A stretch of 63,525 bases of DNA, counting the filler, from Reclinomonas americana ATCC 50394 (Eukaryota): NCBI GenBank assembly GCA_048213135.1. It is 13 parts of 9 records of this genome, joined end to end, with 100 filler letters (N's around TTAATTAATTAA, not from the genome) between each part and the next. Parts side by side here need not be neighbours in the genome. Positions count along the whole stretch, not along the records: positions 24,311 to 28,100 come from PS015756.1; positions 28,201 to 37,054 come from PS015756.1; positions 37,155 to 41,192 come from PS015757.1; 10 more parts are not named here. The stretch is one strand, 5' to 3'. The position numbers were made by a program, and so were the translations under genes. This document shows positions 24,838 through 37,427 of the stretch, piece after piece (position 1 is the first letter of the stretch; each line of letters begins with the position of its first letter). The notes under the pieces were generated by a model, which saw only the letters and a list, made by a program, of their open reading frames with translations, had not been told where the DNA came from and ran no database searches.

Positions 24838-25140
24838 CCTGCTACGTAGCAGCGTGAGTTCGGCAGTGTGCTGCGCAGGCAGGCGCCAACAGCCAGAAAG
24901 AGAGAGAGAGAGTTTGCAACAGCGTGAACTTGGCAGTGTGCTGCGCAAGCAAGCGCCAACAGCCAGAGAGAGAAAGTGAAGAGAGAGAGAGAGAGAGAAA
25001 GAGAGAGCTTGCAACAGCGTGAATATCGCAGTGTGCTGGATAAGCAAGCGCCCACAGTCAGAGAGATAGTGAAGAGAGAGTGAGAAATGAAAGAGAGAGA
25101 GAGTCTACAAAAGCGTGAATATCGCAGTGCACCTGCTGCA
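24810..25140. repeat. ~60-65-bp tandem repeat with (GA)n spacers
   Basis: Repeated CAGCGTGAA...GCAGTGTGCTG...AAGCGCCAACAGCCAGA. Confidence 0.7.
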
Positions 25141-25455
25141 GCGGAGTAAAGGTGAGAAGCCACAGGCTTCTGCAGCCTTAGACTGTGACCCTGGATCTGT
25201 GTTCCATGTGGGCCGCAACAGGGAGCGACGCGGGTGATACAGACGATAAGTCGGTGGAAACCGTCTGCGAACGGGGAAGAGAACTGAAGGGCCACCAACC
25301 GTCGTGAGTGAAAGCAGGTGAGAAGCGACATGAAACCACCACGCAGACGCACGCAACTCAAGTCTACAAGCCTGAGTCCGCCTTGTGAGAGCGAGACATA
25401 GAGAGGCGGAGAAGTGGCAGTTGCGATCATTACAAGGCGCTTCTTTCCTACTTTA

Positions 25456-26139
25456 CTACTCACTCACCGACTCACGTATCCCTGCCACCGTCACCTCCTC
25501 CTCTCCACCACCATCACCCTTCAACACCATTCTGTGAATCGTAATGGGCGCACCAGTGGCCTTGGCCTCGCCCTCCCACACCACCTCACACTCAAAGCCT
25601 CCAGCCAGCGCCCGCTCAAAAAACTGACACTCCTCCGCCGCCTTTCTCCGCTGATGACACACGAAAAAGGGCGTGCGCGCGGGCGACGTACGCAGACACT
25701 CACGCACCGTCTCCAACAGATCCCCGTACGTCTCAATCAAGTACAGCACATCGCTGGCCACCACAGCGTCCCACGGTCCCCGCACCGCCCGCTGCATCTC
25801 CTCCGACGTGCGGACCTCGCGCCAGTCGACTTCGGCGACTTGCACTTGCAGCTCCTCGTCGATGGCGTCCATTTGGTTCAGCACGACATTGTGCTGCAGC
25901 AGATCGATCATGACGCGTTGGTCGGTGGCCGTCACTGATGCACCAGTGGCCTTGGCGAGTGTGATGGCGAGGAAGCCGGTGCCGGAGCCCAGCTCGATCA
26001 CGCGTGTGAGAGGTAGTTGTTGTGATTGTGATTGTTGACAAAGGAAGGTGGCCAGCACGCGTGCGGCTTCCCAGACTTCGCCGCCAGTGGCGCGTAGTTC
26101 GAGGGCTTGTTTGAGGCGGATGGGGGGGAGGGTGCTCAT
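25456..26139 (-). CDS. Seven-beta-strand protein-lysine methyltransferase (METTL21/Methyltransf_16 family)
   Basis: TGGEVWEAARVL, VIELGSGTG, ATDQ, EVDW, DAVVASDVLY motifs. Confidence 0.88.
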   Translation of the reverse strand: MSTLPPIRLKQALELRATGGEVWEAARVLATFLCQQSQSQQLPLTRVIELGSGTGFLAITLAKATGASVTATDQRVMIDLLQHNVVLNQMDAIDEELQVQVAEVDWREVRTSEEMQRAVRGPWDAVVASDVLYLIETYGDLLETVRECLRTSPARTPFFVCHQRRKAAEECQFFERALAGGFECEVVWEGEAKATGAPITIHRMVLKGDGGGEEEVTVAGIRESVSE

Positions 26140-27689
26140 GCGAAAGAGGAGAAGGGACGGGAGAGGGAAGAGGGAGAGGACGATGGGACGGACGTCTTCT
26201 CGCGTTCCTGTGGGCTCTGTGGCCCCGATCCTTGACCCTTGAACTCTTGCACCGTTCTCCCTGGTCCCTCAACTCTGTATTCATCTTCGGAGGCTGTCCC
26301 GACTCTGTACTTCTTGACCTTCACCCTTGCGATCATGAAGGCGGGTCAAATCGCTTCCGAGGGCATCTTTGCCCTCTTCGATCTGCCCTCGACTCTTGGC
26401 ACTCGCGATCGATGACCTCGGCAGCAATCCGTTGGACTCTGCCTTCGGCCTTGACCCTTGCCCTCGCTGGTCTGAAAGACCTCTTGCTGGCTCTGTTCTC
26501 TCTCCCGTGACTCTTGGCCTTCAACTCTTCCCTTGCACGAAGTCAAAGCTGGTTAATAACCCAACCTCTGGACCTCTGGCCATTGACCCCTTATCACCCG
26601 GCAGCAACTCCTGCGGGTCCTCTGGCTCCGACAGCGTGACCCTGAAGTCACGGTCGGCCAATAACCCACCTCGGACCCTCACTGGGTCTTCTGGCTCCAA
26701 CCCTTGACGCCACACCATGCACCTATGACAAGTGAAGTCAAGGTTGGTCGATAAGCCACCTATCTGCTGCCCTTGATTAGAAAAACTTGCATCCACGACC
26801 CTTCCGTGACACGGAACGGGCCAGGGGTGCTTAACAAACCCTCCTGTGGGTCCTCTGGCTCCGGCCCTTGACCCCAGGTTGGCCAATAAAGCACCTTCCT
26901 TCTGCCCTTGACCCTCCATGACCCTTGGCATGCAGCGCAAGCGGTTACAACCGCCTCATGTGCGCTCTCTGCCCTCGATCCTTGGCAAGACGAGAGAGCG
27001 CGCGTGACAGCAACGTTCTCCCCTTTTTTGCAGACACAATAGTTTCACTCCTTTGCAGGCTTGCATTCACGAGTGACAGATCCGGCCGATTGCGTTGGCC
27101 CACCAGCCACCGCGGGGCTGTGATGGGAAAGGGTGAGCGAAAGGGAGAGGGAAGATCGCCGACAGAGTCTCTCGAAGCTGAAGCAGAGGAGCGCATGTGG
27201 ATCAAGGCAGACGCAGTGGAAGAGGGAATGAATGCAGCGATTGTGATGTTCAGAGCAGAATCAAGGGATTCGATACGCAGAGGAGGAAGGGGAGGAGGGG
27301 GAGGAGGAGGAGGAGGAGGAGGAGGAGGAGGAGGAGGAGGAGGAGGAGGAAGAGCAGGAGGGCAAGGGGCGGAGAGAGAAAGAAAGAAAGACGGACAGAA
27401 AGCACACACACATACACACACGCACGCATACACACACACAGAGAGAGAGAGACTTCGAAGGTGATTGTAGCAACAGGGAGATCGCGCGACGAAGGGAAGA
27501 GGAAGTGAAGGAAGAATCGGAGAAGAAAGAGAAGAGTGTGTCGCCTCTGGTTCAGCAGAAAGGGATCACACGGAGAAGAGGGAGAGGTAGAGACAGAGCT
27601 CACTCAAAAGCCGCATCACAGAAGCAGGAGAACATCAGCAGAATCCCACTCAGCTCAACTCTCTTGCCGGTGAGCAAGGTACTGCTGGA

Positions 27690-28230
27690 AGATTGAGAGT
27701 GAAGAGAGCACACAGCGACAAGGGGAAGAGCACCAGGAAACTCCAGAACGCTCGCTCTCTCTTCCCACTCCAAGACTACTCTCTGACCAGTCACAACGAG
27801 GGAGAAAGGAAAAGAGCACAAACACAAGCACCAGAAGACTCCAGGCTGCTCGTTCACCCTTCCCACGCAGACGATCAAGGAACTGCTGACGAGAGGGGAG
27901 AAGAGAGAGCACACGTAGTGACTGGGAGGGACACCAGGGGACTCCAGGCTGCTCGTTCACCCTCCCCATGCAGCTCATGCAAACGAGCCAAAGGTGAACG
28001 AAGACAACTCTGCGGCCAGTGACAACAAGCACCAAGGAATCGCTGGAAAGAGAGAGAGGGAAGAGAGAGAGAGAGAGAACACAAGCAGCGACAAAGGGAA
28101 NNNNNNNNNNNNNNNNNNNNNNNNNNNNNNNNNNNNNNNNNNNNTTAATTAATTAANNNNNNNNNNNNNNNNNNNNNNNNNNNNNNNNNNNNNNNNNNNN
28201 GAGCAACAGGAGACTCCAGGCAGCTCGATC
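27690..28230. repeat. Imperfect ~100-bp tandem repeat
   Basis: Repeated GACTCCAGGCTGCTCGTTCACCCT and AGAGCACACAGCGACAAGGG blocks. Confidence 0.6.
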
Positions 28231-28408
28231 CCATGTGTGTTCCGTTTCAAAATACGCCATCATCCCATCTCACTGTGATCGGCGGACAACGAATCACACA
28301 CACAAACACTTGCACACTCACACATGCCCTCTCCCCTCACACTCCACACGAGCTCTGTGAGCGGGAAATCCTGCAACTCTCCCTTCCCCTCCACTCACAA
28401 CACGCAAC

Positions 28409-28603
28409 ATCCTCATGCGCACACGACTTGCAGAAATCATAGCCCGGCGGCACCGAGCAGTGCTCACAGTGGAAGAAGCCCTCCGCCGGTCCATCTGTGC
28501 TGTTGAACTGGCGCCCGCACCCGTCACATCGCGGCCAGTCACCGTAACGCGAAGGAATGTTGAACATGGCTGTCATGGGGTGACCGCTGGAGCAGTGAGG
28601 CAT
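28409..28603 (-). CDS. First exon encoding a ZZ-like zinc finger (rest of gene off-contig)
   Basis: MPHCSSGHPM...CDGC...FFHCEHC...YDFCKSC, followed by a GTTGCG donor at 28408. Confidence 0.65.
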
Positions 28604-28779
28604 GAGAAGAGGGAGAGAGGGAGGGAAGGGTGAACACGCGCGGGAAGAGATTGATGAAAGACAAGCAGTGCGCAATTTCGATATCTGCGACGTTGCAGAA
28701 CGAGGGTTTCGGCAAGCCTTGACCGCGTTTGTTGCGTCAGAGGCAAGCCTGTGGCTGTTCTGGACCTCCATGTTCCGTG

Positions 28780-29400
28780 GCCACTGCGATTGCAGTTGCA
28801 GTTGCAGCAGCTGCATGGTCGCGATATTTATCGATCGCGATCGACGTCGATCGCTGCGCGATCGCGAATTCCACGACGTCTGCCTGCCGTCTCTGCAAGC
28901 CTCTACTTTCATGAAGAACCCTCCCTCCCCCCCTTGGCCGCTGCGATTACAGTTGCAGTTACAGCTGCATGTGAGTGTCGCGAGATCGACGTTCGATCGC
29001 GATCGCGAATTCCACGACGTCTGCCTGCCGTCTCTTCAAGCCTCTACGTTCACGAGAACCCTCCGTGCCCCTCGGCCACTGCGATTATAATTGCAGTTAC
29101 AGCTGCATGTGTGAGTGTCGCGATATATATCGATTGACGTCCGGATCTTTCATTCCACGACGTCTGCCTGTCGTCTCTTCAAGCCTCTACGTTCATGAGG
29201 AACCCTCCCTCCCCCCTTGGCCACTGCGATTGCAGTTGCAGTTACAGCTGCATGTGTGAGTGTCGCGATATCGATCGACGTCCGGATCTTTGATTCCACG
29301 ACGTCTGCCTGTCGTCTCTTCAAGCCTCTACGTTCATGAAGAACCCTCCCTCCCCCCTTGGCCACTGCGATTGGAGTTGCTGTTTCAGTTGCATGATGTT
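28780..29400. repeat. ~120-145-bp tandem repeat, about 5 copies
   Basis: Repeated TTCCACGACGTCTGCCTG.CGTCTCTTCAAGCCTCTAC...CCACTGCGATTGCAGTTGCAGTTACAGCTGCATG. Confidence 0.8.
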
Positions 29401-29610
29401 GCAGTTCACGGCCTTCGTAAACGGCCTTCTAGATCTGTTCGAATTCATCCATCAACGCGCGCGTCTTCCAGTTGTCTCCTTAGAATCTACGCCATGACAA
29501 CACATGCCTGTGAAGTACATCTCCCCCGCAGCCACAAGCGATGCAGAAGCCTTCGTTCGTCTCAGTTGTCCTGTCATTCAACTCCCCTTCGCTTCTTCAT
29601 CCTCTCGCGA

Positions 29611-30702
29611 ATGACTCTCCCCCCACCCCTCACCCTTCGCCTGCGCCTCCCCGGCCACCTCGCCCAGGCATGCTCCGTGACCGCCACCCCCTCCGGCACC
29701 CACATCATCACCGGCTGCTGGGACAAGACCGTGCGCGTGTGGTCTGCGCAGAGTGGCATCGAGGTCCGCCGCATGTCTGCACACACTGGCGCCGTGTGCT
29801 GCGTGGCAGTCACTCCCGACAACGCACAACTCATTGTCAGCGGAAGTGAAGACTGCACACTGCGCGTGTGGTCCTCGTGGGCGACTGGCCATGGAGTGCG
29901 CTACTTGAATCAGCACGAGGGTGCAGTGGAGTCGGTCGCGGTGACACCCGACGCGCAGCACGTGGTCAGTGGCGGTCGTGATAACACAGTGCGTGTGTGG
30001 TTGCTGGCCAGTGGACAAGAGGTGCGGCGACTGGAGGGCCACTCGCGGCTGGTCATGGCGGTCGCGGTCACTGTTGACGGGCGACACGTGGTCAGTGGGA
30101 GTTACGACAGAACGCTGCGCGTGTGGTCGCTTGTTGGTGCGGAGTCGCGTGTGCTGGGCGATCACCTCGGCCGAGTGTCGTGCGTGGCGGTGTCGCGCGA
30201 CGGGCAGTTCATTGTGAGCGGTGCCGCGGACAAGACAGTGCGCGTGTGGTCTGCGGTCTCCGGGCTGGAGCTGTTTCAGTTGGGGCGACACAGTGAAGGA
30301 GTGTCGTCGGTCGCCGTCACCGCGAACGGGCAGTTTGTTGTCTCGGCGAGCAACCAGGCACAGGTGCGCGTGTGGTCACTGCCGAGCGGCGACGAGGTGT
30401 GTCAACTGAGCGACTTCTCGGCGGGGGTGTCGAGTGCGGTGCTGTCGCCCGACGGGCAGCACCTGATGTGTAGGTGCTGGGACATGGGGGTGAGCGTGTG
30501 GTCGACACCGGGTGGTCTCGCGCGGTTGGAGGTCGAGAGGTCGCGCGCGGCCATGCAGGCGGTGCAGGAGATGCAAGAGGAGGGGGAGGGGGAGGGGAAA
30601 GAGGAGCGGTGTTTGGTGGAGATGGTGTTGCGGTGCTTTATCGTGGAGGAGGCGGAGGTGGTGATGCGGAGGTGTTTTGTGGATGCGCAGTTGCATTGGT
30701 GA
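29611..30702 (+). CDS. Intronless WD40 beta-propeller protein with short helical C-terminal domain (paralog 1)
   Basis: About 7 repeats of GH..V..VAVTPDG.HVVSG..D.TVRVWS; tail RCLVEMVLRCFIVEEAE. Confidence 0.9.
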   Translation: MTLPPPLTLRLRLPGHLAQACSVTATPSGTHIITGCWDKTVRVWSAQSGIEVRRMSAHTGAVCCVAVTPDNAQLIVSGSEDCTLRVWSSWATGHGVRYLNQHEGAVESVAVTPDAQHVVSGGRDNTVRVWLLASGQEVRRLEGHSRLVMAVAVTVDGRHVVSGSYDRTLRVWSLVGAESRVLGDHLGRVSCVAVSRDGQFIVSGAADKTVRVWSAVSGLELFQLGRHSEGVSSVAVTANGQFVVSASNQAQVRVWSLPSGDEVCQLSDFSAGVSSAVLSPDGQHLMCRCWDMGVSVWSTPGGLARLEVERSRAAMQAVQEMQEEGEGEGKEERCLVEMVLRCFIVEEAEVVMRRCFVDAQLHW

Positions 30703-30809
30703 AGGAGGGGGGAGAAGGGGGGGAAGGGGGGAATGGAAAGGGCTTACAGGTGACGTGATTGACGACAATAGGGTGTCGGTGATGCGTGCTGCTGGCCAGA
30801 CTGGCGACG

Positions 30810-31100
30810 GCAGAGTGGAGAAATACGACTCGATGGTACTGCGTGCATACGTCGTCACCTTTGCAGTGTCGACGCAAGCGACGTGCCGATGACTTGACTG
30901 ATGACGGCAGGGTGTTGGTGATGGGCACTGCTCGCAGAAATGCGTCGGAGTTGAGCTGCAGCTGCCGACGACGTCGCAGTGTGGAGAAGCACGACTCGAT
31001 TGTACCGCACGCATACGTCGTCACCTTTGCAGTGCCGACGCAATCGAGCCGCCAATGACTTGACTGGTGACAGCAGAGTGAAGAAGCGCGATTCGATGCT
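30810..31100. repeat. Direct repeat, two copies ~165 bp apart plus a partial third
   Basis: GTGGAGAA..ACGACTCGAT.GTAC.GC..GCATACGTCGTCACCTTTGCAGTG.CGACGCAA present twice. Confidence 0.7.
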
Positions 31101-31875
31101 TCGCAACGCGTTGGTGGCGAAGGGTACTTGTGCTGCTCGCCGATGTTCGTCGGCATCATGGCTCTAGATCTTGCGTTGAAATCGAGCTGTCGATGTCTCG
31201 TGATCGCGGTCGCTGCTGTTGAGCGATACACGAGTGCTCACTGGTGCCAGTTCGCCTGCACGCTTTCACTTTCTAAGGATCAGCAGATTGTGGTTGTTTG
31301 TGCCTTGGTCATTGTCAGCAAGGGATATGTGGGCATGTTTGCTTGGCTTTGCCTCCTGATCATGAAAGGGAAGTTAACTGTTTGGAGAATAGTATGGTGT
31401 GTGTGCCTGTCATTGTCAGCAAGAGATATATGGACATGTTGCTTGGCTTTGCCTCCTGAAAGGGAAGATAACTGTTTGGAGAAGAGCATGGTGTTTGTGT
31501 CGGCAAATGACTTAATTCATGAACATTTGTCGCACGTACTTCAATGTGGTGAATGAAGTGTTTTGTTTCGTTAGATCAGCGTTTGCACACTTGCGACTTC
31601 ATGAGTGGAATACAAAGTCGTAATACTTGCGTATTATGATTCCAATAGAGTGCGAAGTTGGAACGAGCAGTCACCAACAAACGGGGCTTTTCATTTGCAA
31701 TTACTCTCGAAGTAAAAATCAAACTCAAATAAGCAAAATGAAAGAAGAACGAGTAGGAGATAAATACTATGTCGACTGCTCGTTCTTACACTTTCCATAG
31801 TTCCATAAGTAACTAATTAATGTGTCAAAACTCCGCGCGTCCCACAACTATTCTCCGCGCACTGAGAGAGCAGAG

Positions 31876-32588
31876 ATGTCGCTCGCTCCTCGCGCCTCAG
31901 TGCTCTTTGTGCTTCTCCTCCTCTCCCTCACTGTCTTTGTGGCTGCATCGAGCCCAGTCAGTGATGACCCGCCCATTGATGTGCTGCTGAAGAGCGTGCC
32001 TCTGCCCTCCTCAAAGTTGAGAGACAGAGAGAGAGAGAGAAAGAGAGAGTGTGTGTGTGTGAGAAAGAAAATGTGGGGGTCATTGCACTCTGTGTGCATT
32101 TTTTCTGTGCATTTGTGATTGATTAATCCGATACTGATTGATTTGCATTTCGATAGGTACAAGATCGAGTTGTTTGCCAGTGGACTTCCCTATTCTCGCT
32201 CGCTCGATCGTAGTCCGCGCGGAACCATCTTTGTTGGCTCCTTCAACTTTAATGTTGAGTCACATGCAGGCACTCTCTGTCTCTGTCTGTCTCTATCTGT
32301 CTCATTCTCTTGCTGTCTCTTGCTCTCTTACTCTGTCCCTCTCATGTTCTGTTTGGTCTCTGTCCCTCTCTCTCTTATCCGTCTCTCTTTCTTCTCTCTC
32401 CCTCTCTTGTTCTGCTTGGTCTCTCTTTCTCTTTCGCTGTCTCTTGCTCTCTTACTCTGTCCCTGCCATGTTCTGTTTGGTCTTTGTCCTCCTCTCTCTC
32501 TCTCTCGCCATCTCTCTTCAGCACTTTCTGTGTCTCTTACTTCACCCTCCATTCACCTCACTTCCTACCCACTCTAGTGCCTCATCGC

Positions 32589-32625
<37 letters not shown>

Positions 32626-35354
32626 TCTCTCTGTCTCATGCTCTCGTACTCTGTGCCTCTCTCTCTCACCATCTGTCCCTCCTTCTTTTCGCTCTCACGC
32701 CATCTGTCTTCCACGCATTCCGTATCACTTCTCTCTGGTCGATCATTCGCGAAGAGGTGCGCGCACGCCAAGTGGTGTAGTGTGTCTCACCTCGCTCTCT
32801 AATCCCTCTCTGTACGTCATCGCCTCTCTGTGTCTGTCTTTCTTTCTGTCTGTCTCTCTCTCTCTCTCCTTTCTTCTCTTCTCTCTCTTCCTTCTCTCTC
32901 TCTCTCTCTCTCTCCCTTTCGCTCCCTGTTTCTTCTCTTTCCGAATATCGCCACCCTTCTTCTGCATTCTCCGCATCTCTTCCTTCCGTCTCGTTCCTCC
33001 CCTCCCACCCTCTCTTTACCTCATAACCTTTTGTGTCTGTTTGTCTGTGTCTTTCTCTCTCCATCTCTCACTTGCTCTGTCCCTTTCTTCCTTCTCTTTC
33101 GCTCTCTCGCCATCTGTCCGCCACACTTTCCGTCTTCCTTCTCTCACATTCTTCCAATCGCACGCATCATCACCTTCTGTATCTGTCCCGCGCACCGCCT
33201 CCCACCCTCTCTTACCCATCTCGTCCTCGTTCTTGCGTCGCCTTCCCTTCTCCTCCCTTTCCCCTCACCCCTCCCCCCGCAGGACCCCCACGCCAGCACC
33301 GACGTGTGGGCCATCACCATGACGGCCGACTACAAGGTGCAGCAGGTGTACACCATTGCGCACAACCTGACCATCCCCAACGGCATCGCCTTCCACCACG
33401 GCGACCTGTTCATTGCGCTGAATGAGCGAATTCTGGTGCTGCGTGACATTGAGAACCACTTGAGCAACCCGCCGCAGCCGCAGGTGGTGATGGAGATTTC
33501 CAAGTTGCGCGACGCCAAGAGAATTCTTGTCTCGTCTATCTTTGTCTGTTTCCTGTTGTTGCTCACCTCTCCTCACTTTCCCCTTCTCTCCGTTTCTCTC
33601 CTCCCCGCTCATCTCCTCCCTCTTCTCCGCTCTCCTCCGCTCTCTTCCCCCCTCTTCCGCCTCTCTCCCGCCTCTCTTCCCTTTTCTCCCCCCCTCTCTC
33701 TCCTTCTCTTCCCCCACACTTCCCTTTCCCCCCTCTCTCTCCTTCTCTGCCCCCCACTCTTCCCCCCATTCTTCCCCCCATTTTCCCCCCCATTCTTCCC
33801 CCCATTATTCCCCCTCCTCTCTCTCTCCTTCTCTTCCCCCACTCTTCCCCCTATTCTTCCCCCTCTCTTCCCCCACTCTTCCCCTCCACTCTTCCCACTC
33901 TTCCCCCACTCTTCCCCCCATCTCTTCCCCCTGTCGATTCATCTCACTGACCCACCTCGCTTTACCTCCACCCGCAGCGCTGCAACTGTGGTACCCGACC
34001 CGACGTGGCACGGCTGGCGGTACGTGCTTGCTTCCCTTTCCTCCTCCCCCTCCCCCTTCACCCACACTCTTTTCCTGCCTCCCCCCTTCGCAGCTACATC
34101 CGCTCCAACCACCGCTTCCCCGCCGACCCGAACCTGTACGTGGCCATGGGCGCTCCGTGCAACACGCCGAACGATCCTGTCGACGGCACCTGCACGTGCC
34201 TGCTGGTCGGCACGCCCGCCTGCGACAAGTTTGCCGGCTGCGTGGCTTGCCGCGACGGAAAGGCGCCGGGTCCCATCCAGAACCTCAGCCGCATCATGCG
34301 GTTCGTGAACGAGAAAGTGGATTCGTGTTTTTTGTTTCTTCTGGCTCACCTCCCCTCGCACAGCTTCAACCCGGACAATTCCACGGCCGTGTTGGAGACG
34401 GTGCTGACGGGCACGCGCAACAGCCTCGGCATTGATTTTGATCCCTTCAATGGCGACTTGTGGTTCACCGAGAATGGCCGCGACAACTTTGACCCCGATC
34501 ACTCAGATCGCCCGCCTGTTGCGTGTTGTGCGAGGGGGAGAAGGGAGCGTCAATGTGGCAGGCGACTCACTTTTCTCTGCAGGATGAGCTGAACCACGTG
34601 CCGTCTGGCCTGAAGAGTCCGCCGAGCTTTGGCTACCCGTTCTGCTACGGTGTTGGTGAGCAGAGAGAAGCAGAGATAGGCGGTGAGAGTGCAGGAGTGA
34701 CTGAGCATGTCTGCATAGACATTGTGGACCCGGAGTTCAACCTGGCCGGCAACTGCAACGGCTACATTGGTGCCGCCATGCCCCTGGGAGCTCGTTGCGT
34801 CGTGTTACCTCTCTTTCTCTATCGCCTCCTCGTGTGACTAAGAATTGTGCGTGCAGACGTCGCCTCGCTGGGCATCCGTTTCTCCGAGGTACTCGCTTTG
34901 TCAATTTGATTTTTTGCGAGCATGGTAAACTCACTCCTCTGTCCCCTTTCTAGCGCGTTTCCTTTGAGGAGCGCTACCGCCACGGCGCATTCATTGCGCA
35001 GCACGGCAGCTGGAACTCGGACACCCTGCGCGGATACAGCATTGCCTTTGTGCCGACCGACAGCGGTTGCGTTTCATGATGCGCTTCTCGTACGGGGCGA
35101 TGCGGTACTCACTGTCAGGGTGCGCAGGCAAGGCCACGGGCTACGAGACCTTTGCCGGTCCGTTCATTTACCAGAACAACCTGGCGTGGGGCCGTCCGGT
35201 GGACGTGGAGATCCTCGACGACGGATCGATGTTGGTGTCCAACGATCGCCGTGGTGAGTGTGTGCGCGCCAGTGTTTGTGGAAAGGGTGGTGGCAGGAGA
35301 ACTAATATGCATTGCTACGCAGGCGAGATCTATCGCATCAGCTACACGCCGTAA
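31876..35354 (+). CDS. Secreted PQQ-dependent sugar / L-sorbosone dehydrogenase-like six-bladed propeller, 12 exons
   Basis: Signal peptide; IELFASGL..RSL, PNGIAF..GDLF, HGWRYI, LYVAMGAPCN, GTRNSLGIDF.P..GDLWFTENGRD, PPDELN, FGYPFC, AHVASLG, IAQHGSWN, GRPVDV..DGSMLVS.D..G.IYRI. Confidence 0.9.
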
Positions 35355-36253
35355 GTGAAAGAGAGGGGGAGGAGGTAGAACGCACGCGCGCGAAGATGGG
35401 AAGTGTGGTTTTGATTCGAGGAGGAGTGAAGAGCGTGATGGTGCGAACAAGGCCTTCGTCGTGGTAGACTACTCTCAATAGGTTGGTTTGTGAAGATGAT
35501 GATTCTTTCACTGGGCACACGTGCACGCAACAGATGGCATCCACTTGCGACCTCTCTCCCAAACCTTCGTTTCTCTCTTTCTCCTTGTATCCTTGTTCTC
35601 ATCCCTCCAAAAATCGTCCTTCATTCCCGCAGTCCTGTCTTCGCCCGCTCTTTCTCTTTTCCTAACTTTTCCTCTTGAAAGGAACAGCATCTTGCGCTGC
35701 CGTGCACATATCGTGTTGGATACGGTTGAACTTGGTCATCAAGGCGGCTGCTTCTGAACGCTTCTACCCTGTTGCTTGTTGGCTGGTGAACGGAACGGCA
35801 ATTCTGCCTGTCAGCTCTGTTGATATCTCAAAGAACCACGACACCCTTCTGATTCCACGAAGGTTGGTCACGCGTTTGTCTGAGATGTTTGGATGAAACT
35901 CTCCATCGAGCTTGGCTGCAGCGCTCAATGACCTCCCAAGACTTGCAAGCGCTTCGAATTCCAGTATTGCGACAGTATCAGCCTTGTCTCTCTTTCTGGC
36001 AACTCCATCAGAGCAGCCCATCGCCATGCAGCAGCATACACTATGTGCACCATTGTTGTCAGCGAAACACAGAAGCGCCTGCATGCATGCATAGAGAGGA
36101 GAGTGTGTTCGGAATTTCTTGCATGTATCGGCGGGACACGAAGAGTGCGTCCCTCACAAAGTCACTCACTCATACAGTCACAAGGGGAGATCAGAGGAAG
36201 CAGACATGGCGCACGAGGTTGACATGGTGCGTGTGTGCAAACCCCTCTCTGCA

Positions 36254-36284
<31 letters not shown>

Positions 36285-37427
36285 TTCTTCTCACTCATTC
36301 TCTCTCTCACTCACTCACTCACTCACTCACTCACTCACTCACTCACTCTCTCACTCACTCACTCACTCACTCACTCACTCACTCACTCACTCACTGCACT
36401 CTCTCACTCACTCTCTCTCTCTCTCTTTCTCTCNNNNNNNNNNNNNNNNNNNNACTCACTCTCTCTCTCTCACACATTAGGATTCTGAGGGATGGCCTCT
36501 GGGCGCTCACTGTGAGGTCGACATGAGCGAGGAGGGTTACCTGGGAGGAGGAGCAGTTGAGTGTGTGTCTCTCTCTGTGACTGTGAGTGTGAGTTGTTCT
36601 CATTGTGTGATGTGTGGATGCAGTGTTGCGTGGTCGATCGGAATAATGTCGTCAGTGAGAGAGAGAGAGAGAGAGAGTGAGAGTTAGAGAGAGAGAGAGA
36701 GAGAGAGGAGAGAGAAGGAAAGGGGAGGGGAGGAGGCGGGCATACAGGCTGAACACGCAGACTACAAAACGGACGCAAGCCTGAGAGAGACTTGTGAGAG
36801 GCATGCAGTCTGAAGTTGGCAGGGAAGACATAACAGACGGACAGACAGCGAGAGAAAGAGAGACAGCAGACTGTGAGACAGACGCAAGCCTGTGAGAAAG
36901 ACATGTGAGAGGGCATGCTGTCTGACAAAGACACAGTGATTTGACGGACAGACAGCAAGAGGAGGAGAGAAACAGAAGAGGCAGAGTTTGCAGTGACTCC
37001 GACAAGGTGCTCTTACGGTGGGTGGAAGCAGTCTTTGTAGTCACTCACCGCGTTNNNNNNNNNNNNNNNNNNNNNNNNNNNNNNNNNNNNNNNNNNNNTT
37101 AATTAATTAANNNNNNNNNNNNNNNNNNNNNNNNNNNNNNNNNNNNNNNNNNNNCACGCACTCTCGTCGTCTCTCTCTCTCTCTCCTCTCTTCTACTCGT
37201 CTCTCTCTCTCTCTCCCTCTCTCTCCCGCACTCTCTCTCTCTCTCCGTGTGTCACTGTCTCACTCACGCAACCCGTCTCTTGTCGCTGCGCTCTCGTATT
37301 CTGATGTCTGCGCCTGCACGTCCCTCGATCTGCATCCACCCTCTCTTCTCTCCCCACTCTATTTCCATGTTTGCCTGCTCTTCCCTTCACTCGCTCTCAC
37401 TCACCTTCTTCTTGTCTCTCCGCATAG

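Noticed and set aside
26190..27260. Possible transposon or gag-like ORFs
   Set aside because: Frames are broken by stops and I recognise no RT, integrase or transposase motif.
28780..29400. Regular repeats that might suggest a CRISPR array (also 18330-18960, 24810-25140)
   Set aside because: Whole units repeat with no unique spacers, no cas genes, eukaryotic context; these are minisatellites.
32138..34435. Long Ser/Leu/Pro-rich ORFs in the ORF track (also 42021-43314, 55138-56505)
   Set aside because: Translations of (CT)n/(CCT)n/(GAA)n intronic microsatellites that happen to lack stops.
35690..37030. Possible minus-strand multi-exon gene (ankyrin-like ADNNG fragment)
   Set aside because: Could not assemble a convincing exon chain or motif set.
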